A DNA stretch of 64,000 nt from contig JAFUXB010000003.1 of the NCBI GenBank assembly GCA_017477255.1, positions 19,697 through 83,696 of the forward strand, given 5' to 3'. How positions within the stretch are numbered: the first letter of the stretch is position 1; each line of letters opens with the position of its first letter. Source of the DNA: Bacilli bacterium. GTDB lineage: Bacteria > Bacillota_I > Bacilli_A > RFN20 > CAG-826. Positions 40,794 to 49,293 of this stretch are shown here, in pieces. The notes beneath the pieces were generated by a model. It was not told where the DNA came from and did no database searches. It worked only from the letters and a program-made list of their open reading frames with translations. Made by a program: the position numbers and the translations under genes.

Positions 40794-40870
40794 TGGCGTG
40801 TAGACAAATGGTAAAGTCACTTGTCTCTGAAACAAGGTTCTTATTGGTTCGAGTCCAATCACGCCAGCCA
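40794..40870 (+). tRNA. tRNA-Gln (anticodon CUG), CCA encoded
   Basis: Acceptor TGGCGTG/CACGCCA with the U1-A72 pair and G73 typical of tRNA-Gln. Anticodon stem CTTGT/ACAAG, loop CT-CTG-AA, T arm ATTGG-TTCGAGT-CCAAT. Starts 2 nt after the kinase stop. Confidence 0.85.
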
Positions 40871-40879
40871 ATTGTCAGT

Positions 40880-40905
40880 AATGCTTCTTTAGAAGCATTT
40901 TTTAT
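40880..40905 (+). terminator. Rho-independent terminator after tRNA-Gln
   Basis: Stem AATGCTTC / GAAGCATT, loop TTTA, then TTTTTAT. Confidence 0.8.
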
Positions 40906-40949
40906 TGTTAATAGTGAAAATAAGGTATTAAAATAGTAAAATATAAATT

Positions 40950-41567
40950 ATGGAAAAAGAAGAAATAGTTAAAATTTTACTTTCGAAAAAAGTATATGAT
41001 CCAGGAATACCTGAGATAGCACCTTTTCAGTTATCTAGGCTTGAAATGGTAAATGAGTTTAATAGAATTCCTTCGTCGTTAGAAGGAGTAGCTTTAAGAC
41101 GAGCTAAATTAAAGGAAATGTTCGCTTCATTTGGAGAAAATTGTTATATTGAACCTCCTTTACATGCAAATTTTGGTGGTTTAAATGTACATTTTGGAAA
41201 CAACATTTATTCAAATTCCAATTTAACTTTAGTAGATGATGGAGAAATCATAATTGAAGATAATGTTATGATTGGACCAAATGTTACTATTGCCACAGCA
41301 CAACATCCAATTTCACCTAAATTAAGAGAAAAAGGTCTTCAATATAATTTACCAGTACATATAAAAAGAAATGTTTGGCTAGGAAGTGGAGTTATTGTTT
41401 TACCAGGAGTAACAATTGGTGAAAATTCTGTTATTGGTGCAGGTTCAGTAGTTACAAAGGACATTCCTGCTAATGTAATTGCTGCTGGAAATCCTTGTAA
41501 AGTATTACGTGAAATAACTGAAGAAGATGACAAATATATTCATGGAAAATTAATTGAAATTATTTGA
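40950..41567 (+). CDS. maa: Maltose/galactoside O-acetyltransferase (hexapeptide-repeat family)
   Basis: 205 aa. Left-handed beta-helix hexapeptide repeats (IGPNVTI, LGSGVIVLPGVTIGENSVIGAGSVV). Confidence 0.8.
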   Translation: MEKEEIVKILLSKKVYDPGIPEIAPFQLSRLEMVNEFNRIPSSLEGVALRRAKLKEMFASFGENCYIEPPLHANFGGLNVHFGNNIYSNSNLTLVDDGEIIIEDNVMIGPNVTIATAQHPISPKLREKGLQYNLPVHIKRNVWLGSGVIVLPGVTIGENSVIGAGSVVTKDIPANVIAAGNPCKVLREITEEDDKYIHGKLIEII

Positions 41568-41574
41568 TTGAAAT

Positions 41575-41604
41575 TCAAAAACCCTGCAAATCTTTATTAT
41601 TTTT
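41575..41604 (-). repeat. Dispersed repeat copy h (full length, complement orientation)
   Basis: TCAAAAACCCTGCAAATCTTTATTATTTT. Its reverse complement matches copy g at 27 of 29 positions (29 of 31 if the alignment is extended two bases past the TTGA end). Starts 7 nt after the maa stop and ends 7 nt before the next ATG. Confidence 0.9.
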
Positions 41605-41611
41605 GTAAATT

Positions 41612-42286
41612 ATGACATTTGAAGAACTAATTTCTGAATTAAAAAATAATAGTGCAAAAAGCATTATTATGTATAAAAAAATAATTAATACTAATTATGA
41701 TGTTTTTGGTGTTAATGTTCCTAAGTTAAAAGAGATTAGTAGAAAGTGTATTGATTTAGATTTTAGTAATGTTGAATTTAAATATTATGAAGTTGTATTT
41801 GTATATTTTTATAGTCAATTATATAAATATAGAAATGATCTTAAAAAACAATTAGATTTTATTCATAAAAATTCATATTTAATTGATAGTTGGGCAATTA
41901 CTGATTCAACTGTTCAACTTTTAAAAGGAATAACTTTAAATGAAGTTATCTGGTTTTTAAATCAAGAAAGTGAATTTGAAATTAGATATGGTTATGTAGC
42001 TTTGCTTTATTTTTCTAAAGATAAAAAGAACTTAGATTTCATTTTTAACTCTTTAAAAAATGATGATAGATATTATGTCTTTATGGCTGAAGCGTGGTTA
42101 ATTTCTTATTGCTTTATTTATCACTTTGAAGAGACTTATAATTTCATAAACCTTGCAGATCTCGACTTAAATTTGAAAATTAAGGGAATTCAGAAGTCTG
42201 TTGAATCATTTAGAGTTAGTAAAGAAAACAAAGAAAAACTTAAAAAATTAAGACAAGAATTTAGATTAAAACAAAGAGAACAATAA
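41612..42286 (+). CDS. DNA alkylation repair (AlkD-like HEAT-repeat) protein, tentative
   Basis: 224 aa. Overall pattern (VFGVNVPKLKEISRK ... WAITDS) resembles the pfam DNA_alkylation family from memory. No SD upstream. Confidence 0.45.
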   Translation: MTFEELISELKNNSAKSIIMYKKIINTNYDVFGVNVPKLKEISRKCIDLDFSNVEFKYYEVVFVYFYSQLYKYRNDLKKQLDFIHKNSYLIDSWAITDSTVQLLKGITLNEVIWFLNQESEFEIRYGYVALLYFSKDKKNLDFIFNSLKNDDRYYVFMAEAWLISYCFIYHFEETYNFINLADLDLNLKIKGIQKSVESFRVSKENKEKLKKLRQEFRLKQREQ

Positions 42287-42300
42287 AATTAATTTTTAAT

Positions 42301-42326
42301 AAATGTGTATTTTATACACATTTTTT
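42301..42326 (+). terminator. Rho-independent terminator
   Basis: Stem AAATGTGTA / TACACATTT, loop TTTTA, T-run. TATAAT at 42329-42334 follows. Confidence 0.7.
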
Positions 42327-42359
42327 AATATAATAAAGAAAATTAAAGAGGTAATAGTT

Positions 42360-42707
42360 ATGAGTGAAAAACTTAGTTTTAATGTCTATCAAAAAGAAGC
42401 ATTTGAATTAATAAGTGCTGAAGGTAGAAAGGATATGGTTTTAAATGGAGTTTTAGGACTTGCTGGAGAAACAGGCGAATGCTGTGACATCGTTAAAAAG
42501 TATAAATTCCAAGGTCACGAATTAGATAAAGAACATTTAAAAGATGAACTTGGTGATGTTTTATGGTACATTGCTGAAACTTGCTCTGGTTTAGGAATAA
42601 CTCTTGAAGAAGTTGCACAATATAATTTAGATAAACTTCACAAAAGATATCCAAAAGGTTTTGAAGCTCAAAAATCTATTAATCGTAATGAAAAGGAATA
42701 TAAATAA
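42360..42707 (+). CDS. MazG-like nucleotide pyrophosphohydrolase
   Basis: Start set at ATG 42360 (AAAGAGG RBS). ExxE...ExxD pattern LAGETGECCD ... LKDELGDVLWY. Confidence 0.8.
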   Translation: MSEKLSFNVYQKEAFELISAEGRKDMVLNGVLGLAGETGECCDIVKKYKFQGHELDKEHLKDELGDVLWYIAETCSGLGITLEEVAQYNLDKLHKRYPKGFEAQKSINRNEKEYK

Positions 42708-44182
42708 TGGAAAAATATGTTTTAGCTATTGATCAAGGCACAACATCATCACGTGCTATCTTGTTCAATAAAGAAGGTAAAATCGTTTACAAAACTCAAG
42801 AGGAAGTTGCTTGCTTATTTCCAAAAGAAGGCTGGGTTGAACAAAATGCATTAGACGTTTGGTTAAGTGTTTTAAATGTTATTAATGACTGCTTAACTAA
42901 AATGAATATTACATACGATAATATCGATTCAATCGGAATAACTAACCAAAGAGAAACAACTATAATTTGGGATAAAAAAACTGGAATGCCAGTTCATAAT
43001 GCTATCGTTTGGCAATCCCGTCAATCAGTCGAAATTTGTAATTCTTGGGAACAATATAAAGAATTAATTCATAAAAAAACTGGTTTAATTCTTAACCCAT
43101 ATTTTAGCGCTTCTAAAATTAGATTTATCTTAGATAATATTGAAAATGGTCAACAAAGAGCTGAAAATGGTGAATTATTATTTGGAACAATTGATACATG
43201 GTTAATGTATAAAATGTCTAAAGGAAAAATATTTAAAACTGATGTAAGTAATGCATCAAGAACAATGTTTTTCAATATAAATACTTTAAAATACGATGAT
43301 AAATTATTAGAAATCTTTAATATTCCTAAGAAAATGCTTCCAAAAGTAGTCGAATCATCAGGTGATTTTGGTGAAGCTAGCTTTTTACATAAGGGTTTAA
43401 AGATTTGTGGTGTTGCTGGTGACCAACAAGCAGCTTTATTTGGACAACGCTGTTTTAATGAAGGTGAAATTAAATCCACATATGGAACTGGTTGTTTTAT
43501 GCTTATGAATTGTGGAACTAAACCAGTTTTAAGTAAAAAAGGACTTGTTTCAACAGTTGCTTGGAAAATTAATGGTGAAACACATTATGCATTAGAAGGT
43601 AGTGTTTTTATGGCTGGAGCTAGTATTCAATGGTTAAGAGATCAATTAAAAGTTATTGATAAAGCTAGTGATAGTGAAAAATTTGCAACAAGTGTTGATG
43701 ATGATTTAGGAGTTTATGTTGTTCCTGCATTTGTAGGACTTGGTGCTCCTTATTGGGATAATGAATGTAAAGGTGCTATTTTTGGACTCACAAGAGGTGC
43801 AAGTAAAGAACACGTTATTCGTTCAGTAATTAACTCAATCGCTTATCAAGTTAGAGATATTGCAGATGTTATGTGTAATGAATCAGGAGTTTGTGGAGTT
43901 GCTTTAAAAGTAGATGGAGGAGCAACTGCAAATTCATATTTAATGCAATTCCAAGCTGATATTTTAAATGTCGACATTATTTTACCTGAATGTCTTGAAA
44001 CTTCAGCATTAGGTGCCGCATATTTATCAGGTCTTGGAAGTGGATTCTGGAAAGATATTGATGAAATTAAAGCATTAAAGAAAGAAAGTAAAAAATTCAC
44101 TCCAATAATGAGTAAAGAAGAAAGAGATAGAAGATACAATAAATGGCTCAAAGCTGTTGAAGTAGCAAGAATGTTTAAATAA
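42707..44182 (+). CDS. glpK: Glycerol kinase
   Basis: 491 aa. YVLAIDQGTTSSRAILF and FGGY family motifs (GDQQAALFGQ). Confidence 0.95.
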   Translation: MEKYVLAIDQGTTSSRAILFNKEGKIVYKTQEEVACLFPKEGWVEQNALDVWLSVLNVINDCLTKMNITYDNIDSIGITNQRETTIIWDKKTGMPVHNAIVWQSRQSVEICNSWEQYKELIHKKTGLILNPYFSASKIRFILDNIENGQQRAENGELLFGTIDTWLMYKMSKGKIFKTDVSNASRTMFFNINTLKYDDKLLEIFNIPKKMLPKVVESSGDFGEASFLHKGLKICGVAGDQQAALFGQRCFNEGEIKSTYGTGCFMLMNCGTKPVLSKKGLVSTVAWKINGETHYALEGSVFMAGASIQWLRDQLKVIDKASDSEKFATSVDDDLGVYVVPAFVGLGAPYWDNECKGAIFGLTRGASKEHVIRSVINSIAYQVRDIADVMCNESGVCGVALKVDGGATANSYLMQFQADILNVDIILPECLETSALGAAYLSGLGSGFWKDIDEIKALKKESKKFTPIMSKEERDRRYNKWLKAVEVARMFK

Positions 44183-44814
44183 TGAATGATTTAGAAAATT
44201 TAAAAGTTTTATTTACAGGAGAGAAAGAAGAAGTTTATAAAGCTCTCCAAGAAAAAAGTACTTGGATTGATAAAGTTTTTTATATTCCTGGAAACATTGA
44301 TCAATCTTTTGATGAACATGGAAAAGTGCATTATAAATTTATTGAAAGTGTTTATAATGGAACTTTCTTATTTAAAAAAATAGATGTTGATTCATTAAAA
44401 GTTGATGATGATTTTAAAAATAGAATTAGAAATTTTTCTAATGATTTAAGAATTTTACATTTATATGATACAATTGATAAATCAATAGATGTTCCATTTT
44501 GGATTGAAGTTGATTTTAAAAAAGCAGAGCTTTCTTTCTATAGAGATTTATTCCCAAATTTTTATAGATGTTTAGGTGAAGAAGTTTTAAGTGATTTAAA
44601 AGAAGAAGATGAAGCTTTTAACTTATTTAAAACCTTAATTTATGGAAAAACCCTGCAGAACTCAATTATTTTATACGAAAATAAATTAATTGATGATCAA
44701 TATTATTGTCCAATTATGTCTAAAATCTATCATTTAAAAGGGATAGATAATTCATTAATTGAGTCGTTAGAAGAAATTGCAAATACACACGGAGTAGAAG
44801 TAGAGGAAATTTAA
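44182..44814 (+). CDS. Hypothetical protein (210 aa), translationally coupled to glpK
   Basis: TAATG overlap with the glpK stop. No recognised domain. Contains repeat copy d in frame. Confidence 0.65.
   Translation: MNDLENLKVLFTGEKEEVYKALQEKSTWIDKVFYIPGNIDQSFDEHGKVHYKFIESVYNGTFLFKKIDVDSLKVDDDFKNRIRNFSNDLRILHLYDTIDKSIDVPFWIEVDFKKAELSFYRDLFPNFYRCLGEEVLSDLKEEDEAFNLFKTLIYGKTLQNSIILYENKLIDDQYYCPIMSKIYHLKGIDNSLIESLEEIANTHGVEVEEI
44646..44673 (-). repeat. Dispersed repeat copy d (complement orientation), inside a CDS
   Basis: AAAAACCCTGCAGAACTCAATTATTTTA, read as KTLQNSIIL. 28/28 identical to 45936-45963. Confidence 0.9.
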
Positions 44815-45933
44815 ATGGCAAAACCTTTAAGCAAAGAAATGTTTAATTTAGTCCTTACTTATCTTAATGTAGTTGAAACATTAGATAAGGATTTTCTTTA
44901 TGATATCTATGAAGTTGTAAATGATGGAATTGATGGACTTATTAATAACGAAGAAAATAAAGCAATTCGTTTTGTTCCAGTAAATCCAATTTCTGTAATT
45001 TTATATATCTTAAATGAATATGTTTATTCAATTAAAGGTTTAAATAAAGAACAAATTGAAAAATTATCTAGTGATGAAAATTTTGCTAGTAAATTAGCAT
45101 CAATTTGTGCTGATAAATATATTACAAATGAACAATTAAATTTCAAAACTGTTAAGTTTATGAACAAGTATAATCCTCCGATTTCATCGTTAGAATTGTA
45201 CTTAAATTTTGCTCTTAGAAGCTTAAATAATATTAAAAGTGATAACCCATATGATAACCTTGTTTCAGACATGCTTAAAAAAGCATTTGGACTTGGTCAA
45301 TGTATCTTAAATTTATTAATTGATGGTTTTGAAACTGAAGCATTTTCTACTTGGAGAACACTTCACGAAAATGAATGTATTTTAATTTGTTTAATTAAAA
45401 ACGGTGAACCAATGTTTAGATCATATTTTAAACATATTAAATATGCTTTAGCTTATAGAGGTCAAATTAAATCAAAAGAAGAAACAGATCAAATCTTTGC
45501 AGAAATTAAAGAAGAAATGAAGAAATATGATTTAAAGAGCAAAGATATGAAGAAATTCATTGAATATGGCTATCTTTTTGAAGTTGAAGGTATCAAATTA
45601 AATGATGACTTCAAACTTAATTTTAGAGATGGTGTTCAAAAACTTGCTGGATTAGGTAGATATTCAAAAGTTTATGAAATGAGTAGTGAAATTTCACACA
45701 GTTCCCCATTATTGCTTTTTTCAAGTAAGGAATATTATTTTACAATTACAATTAAGCATTTATATGAATCTTTCTTTAGATTAGAAGATATTTTTGATAA
45801 ATTCTATAAGTCATTTGTAAGTAAAGATTTCTATAATCAATACTTAGTTTTAAAGAGTACTTACATGCAACAACTCCAATATATTTATAGAACAATTGGT
45901 CCAATTAATATCTTAGATAAAGCAGAGAATTAA
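44815..45933 (+). CDS. Hypothetical protein (372 aa), all-helical by composition
   Basis: ATG abuts the stop of the preceding gene. No domain confidently recognised; the central WRTLHENE ... SEISHSSP pattern vaguely recalls DUF5677. Confidence 0.65.
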   Translation: MAKPLSKEMFNLVLTYLNVVETLDKDFLYDIYEVVNDGIDGLINNEENKAIRFVPVNPISVILYILNEYVYSIKGLNKEQIEKLSSDENFASKLASICADKYITNEQLNFKTVKFMNKYNPPISSLELYLNFALRSLNNIKSDNPYDNLVSDMLKKAFGLGQCILNLLIDGFETEAFSTWRTLHENECILICLIKNGEPMFRSYFKHIKYALAYRGQIKSKEETDQIFAEIKEEMKKYDLKSKDMKKFIEYGYLFEVEGIKLNDDFKLNFRDGVQKLAGLGRYSKVYEMSSEISHSSPLLLFSSKEYYFTITIKHLYESFFRLEDIFDKFYKSFVSKDFYNQYLVLKSTYMQQLQYIYRTIGPINILDKAEN

Positions 45934-45963
45934 TCAAAAACCCTGCAGAACTCAATTATTTTA
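45934..45963 (-). repeat. Dispersed repeat copy e (full length, complement orientation)
   Basis: TCAAAAACCCTGCAGAACTCAATTATTTTA, starting at the first base after the TAA stop. Followed by a terminator. Confidence 0.9.
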
Positions 45964-45964
45964 C

Positions 45965-45996
45965 AAAAAAATGACTCCGAAGAGTCATTTTTCTTT
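45965..45996. terminator. Bidirectional Rho-independent terminator between convergent genes
   Basis: Stem AAATGACTC / GAGTCATTT, loop CGAA, with an A-run on the left and a T-run on the right. Confidence 0.8.
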
Positions 45997-46008
45997 GCAA
46001 AGATTTTA

Positions 46009-47658
46009 TTATGATAATTTTCCGTCTCTATAACAAGATCCACCAATAAATTCTCTTAATATTGAGTTACATGGAATCCATTTATCATCAATATCTTTAA
46101 AGTATTTTAAGAATTTGATTAATCGTTGTGCATCAGGATAATAAGGATTATTGATGTCTATTGGTTGAAGAAGTGGCATTGCATATTTTTTAAGAATGCA
46201 GAATTCATAACATAAGAAGCTATCAAATACATAATCTGCATCATTTTGTGTGCTATAAATCCATTTAAATTCTCCAGCTCTAACATTTGGCCACATTGAG
46301 AATGTTTCAGTGGCGCTTGCTCCGCGATATTGGTAATCTCTAACAATTCTTCTTAAGAGTCTAATATCTGATAATGAAACTGGATTTTCTCTATCAAGGT
46401 TGATTTGAGCTTGTGGAGCAATATAAATTTTAAATTTTAAATACTTAGGAATTAATTCAGTCATTTTTTCACTTAAAGCATGAATTCCTTCAATGACTAA
46501 TGGATCAGAATCACCGATTTTTAATGTTTTTCCTGGAAGTCTCTTATTTGTTTTGAAATCAAATATAGGAAGGGTGACTTCTTGACCATCTAATAAATTG
46601 ATGATGTCTTCGTTAAATTGAGCTTTATCTAATGCATCAATTGATTCAAAGTCTGGTTTTCCATCTTCACCTAGAGGTACTTCCTCTCTTGGTTTATAGT
46701 AGTCATCAATAGAAATTCTATGTGGGTGAATTCCACGACTTTCAAGTTCCATAACAAGTCTATCACTAAATGTAGTTTTACCTGAACTTGATGGACCAGC
46801 AATACAAATTAATCTAATGTTATCAATTTTGGATTCAATTAAGTCTCCAAGTTCACAAAGCATTCTGTTGTGTTTATTTTCACAAAGATTGATTGTTTCG
46901 ACTGCTTCTTTGTTTTTTATTGATGAGTTAATTCCAAATACTCTATCAAATCCAACCTTTTGAGCCCATGATCTTGATGTATGAAGTGCTTTAGCAAATA
47001 TTGGTTCATCAATATCTTCAGGGATAGCGCCATTAGCTTCACTTCTTGGATAAGAAAGCAACATTCCTGGAGTGTATGCTCTAAATTTGAAATCTTTTAA
47101 ATACCCAGTTGAAGCGACCATTCTGTTATACATGTAGTTGTAGTAGTCACCACATTTATAAAAGTGAACAGTTTTTTCAGGTCTATAATTTAAGATTTCA
47201 GATTTGTCATCCATTCCAAATTTTTTATAGATTTCTAATGCTTCTTGTTGGGAGACGATTAATCTTTCAAGTGGGATATCTTGTTTTACGAGTTCACGCA
47301 TTTTCTTTTCGATGGTATCCATCATTTTTGAAGTAATAATTTTGCTATCGTGTCCTAAATGAACAAATAATGATCTTGAAACACCATAATTTATAAAGAA
47401 TTTTTTATCTGGGTAACAAATGTATGCTGCCATACAGAATAAATATCTTAAACTTGCTTCATAAATAAGCATTGCATCACGATCATTTAAAGTTAAGAAA
47501 TCAATTTTTGAATCTGAATCAATTTCATAATAAAGATCACGAGTTTTATTATTAACTCTGCAACAAATGATAGATTTATCATCTTTTACTAAATCAATTA
47601 CTTTAATTTTCTTATCATAAAAAAATTCTTTGTCTCCGACAGTTATTTTGAAACTCAT
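46009..47658 (-). CDS. Long uridine-kinase/phosphoribulokinase-family nucleoside kinase with ThrRS-like N-terminal domain
   Basis: Start set at ATG 47658 (GGAGGAG RBS). P-loop GPSSSGKTTF in the C-terminal half. The N-terminal ~250 aa are TGS/second-additional-domain-like. Confidence 0.55.
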   Translation of the reverse strand: MSFKITVGDKEFFYDKKIKVIDLVKDDKSIICCRVNNKTRDLYYEIDSDSKIDFLTLNDRDAMLIYEASLRYLFCMAAYICYPDKKFFINYGVSRSLFVHLGHDSKIITSKMMDTIEKKMRELVKQDIPLERLIVSQQEALEIYKKFGMDDKSEILNYRPEKTVHFYKCGDYYNYMYNRMVASTGYLKDFKFRAYTPGMLLSYPRSEANGAIPEDIDEPIFAKALHTSRSWAQKVGFDRVFGINSSIKNKEAVETINLCENKHNRMLCELGDLIESKIDNIRLICIAGPSSSGKTTFSDRLVMELESRGIHPHRISIDDYYKPREEVPLGEDGKPDFESIDALDKAQFNEDIINLLDGQEVTLPIFDFKTNKRLPGKTLKIGDSDPLVIEGIHALSEKMTELIPKYLKFKIYIAPQAQINLDRENPVSLSDIRLLRRIVRDYQYRGASATETFSMWPNVRAGEFKWIYSTQNDADYVFDSFLCYEFCILKKYAMPLLQPIDINNPYYPDAQRLIKFLKYFKDIDDKWIPCNSILREFIGGSCYRDGKLS

Positions 47659-47817
47659 ATGTCTCCTCCAAATTGGTAATGTTATTTTAACATTAACGGA
47701 AAATATTATCAATCTAAGCAATATTTGTCAAATGTATTCGAAATAAATTGAGAATTACCCTAAAACAAGTTAAAATAATATGACTTTAGTTTCTTAATTA
47801 ATTAAGAACACTAAAAG

Positions 47818-48225
47818 ATGGAGAAATTAATGAAATTATTTAAATCAATCAAATCAACAATTTTAGTTTATTGCGTGCTAGTTGTAATACTTGCAGGCTT
47901 ACTCTGTATCGGTCTTATATTCAATATATGGGAATTAGTCGCATGTTTTGGCATTGCTGCATTTTTTGATTTATTTGTTTTAATGATTTTATTATTTCAA
48001 GTTGGACTAGACACAAGTAGTGCTGATAAAAAAACAATGTTAAAAATTACAGCTTTTAACGTCATTAGATTTTTACTTATTGCGCTTGGTGTAGGAGGAG
48101 CTTTATTAGTTTTAAGACTTACTCAAACTGAAAATAAGTTTAGATATTTATTTAGTTTAATAAGTTTACTTCCTTTACTTGTTAGTTTTGGAGTTTTTTA
48201 TTTAAATTTGAGAAATAGACAATGA
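47818..48225 (+). CDS. atpI: ATP synthase protein I (putative)
   Basis: Small 4-TM protein immediately upstream of, and overlapping, atpB. The alternative start ATG 47830 has a better GGAG spacing. Confidence 0.5.
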   Translation: MEKLMKLFKSIKSTILVYCVLVVILAGLLCIGLIFNIWELVACFGIAAFFDLFVLMILLFQVGLDTSSADKKTMLKITAFNVIRFLLIALGVGGALLVLRLTQTENKFRYLFSLISLLPLLVSFGVFYLNLRNRQ

Positions 48226-49007
48226 TTAAAGTATTAGCTGGATTAAATCTTGATAAATTAACTTCCACAAATCCAAAAGATATTTTGAGTGGAACTTTTT
48301 TATCAACTATAATTCTTTGCTTTTTACTTAGTATGTTTGCTTTATTCTGCTTTTTGAGCTCAAAAAGACATGAAAAAGATGACGTTACTCAACCAAAAGG
48401 ATTATTTGGAATAATTGTTTTATTTGTTGATTTTATTGAGAATTTTATAGTCGGAATAATGGGTGAAAGAAATAGAGATTTCGCTAAAATCATGTTCCCA
48501 ACAATGCTTTATTTATTCGTAAGTTTTATTTTTGGATTAACTGGTTTACCAAGTCCAATGCAAAGCTTATCTTTCCCGTTAATGTTTGGATTCTTTGCTT
48601 TAATTTTGATCCATACAACATCTATAAAATATAAAAAATGGGGTTATTTTAAAAGATATGTTGAGCCACTTTGGCCATTTTTACCAATCAATTTACTTTC
48701 GATGTGGTCCCCAGTTTTGAGTTTATCTTTACGTTTATTTGGTAATATTACTGCTGGATATTGCCTTATGACAGTTTTCTATTTTGGTTTTGCATCAATT
48801 GGAAAAATGATTACAAATGCCGCAACTACATGGGGCCCAACAACATTTTTCTTCCCATCACCAATAACAGCTGTATTGCATCTTTATTTTGATTTATTTA
48901 CAGCTTTAATTCAAACAGCAGTTTATTCGATGGTAACAATGATTTTGGTACTTCAAGAACAACCTGAAGAACCAGAACAAGTTATAAATGAAATTCAAAT
49001 TCAATAG
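48222..49007 (+). CDS. atpB: F0F1 ATP synthase subunit a
   Basis: 261 aa polytopic. Conserved LSLRLFGNITAG arginine motif. Confidence 0.92.
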   Translation: MIKVLAGLNLDKLTSTNPKDILSGTFLSTIILCFLLSMFALFCFLSSKRHEKDDVTQPKGLFGIIVLFVDFIENFIVGIMGERNRDFAKIMFPTMLYLFVSFIFGLTGLPSPMQSLSFPLMFGFFALILIHTTSIKYKKWGYFKRYVEPLWPFLPINLLSMWSPVLSLSLRLFGNITAGYCLMTVFYFGFASIGKMITNAATTWGPTTFFFPSPITAVLHLYFDLFTALIQTAVYSMVTMILVLQEQPEEPEQVINEIQIQ

Positions 49008-49021
49008 GAGGTTTCGAGAAT

Positions 49022-49285
49022 ATGAATTTATTACAAAGCTTAGGCACTATCTTATTAGAGGCAGGAAGTGCAAAATTTATTACTATTGCAGTTTGTGCAT
49101 TTGCAATGGTAGCAAACGCTATCGGTGAAGCTTTAATCGTTATTAAATCAGTCGATGGCATGAGCAGAAATCCAGAAGCAGCTAGCAAATTACAAACAGC
49201 TATGACTCTTGGTTGTGCCCTTGTTGAAACAACAGCTATTTACTCATTATTAATCGCTATTTTAGTTTTATTCGTTGCTAACTAA
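49022..49285 (+). CDS. atpE: F0F1 ATP synthase subunit c
   Basis: 87-aa hairpin proteolipid. RNPEA loop and a carboxylate in helix 2 (LVETTAIY). Confidence 0.92.
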   Translation: MNLLQSLGTILLEAGSAKFITIAVCAFAMVANAIGEALIVIKSVDGMSRNPEAASKLQTAMTLGCALVETTAIYSLLIAILVLFVAN

Positions 49286-49293
49286 GGATAAAT

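Noticed and set aside
42145-42165. Possible degenerate repeat copy CATAAACCTTGCAGATCTCGA inside the AlkD-like gene (about 17/22 matches to the complement consensus).
   Set aside because: The core CCCTGCA is broken and the flank similarity is weak, so it cannot be distinguished from chance without a genome-wide model.
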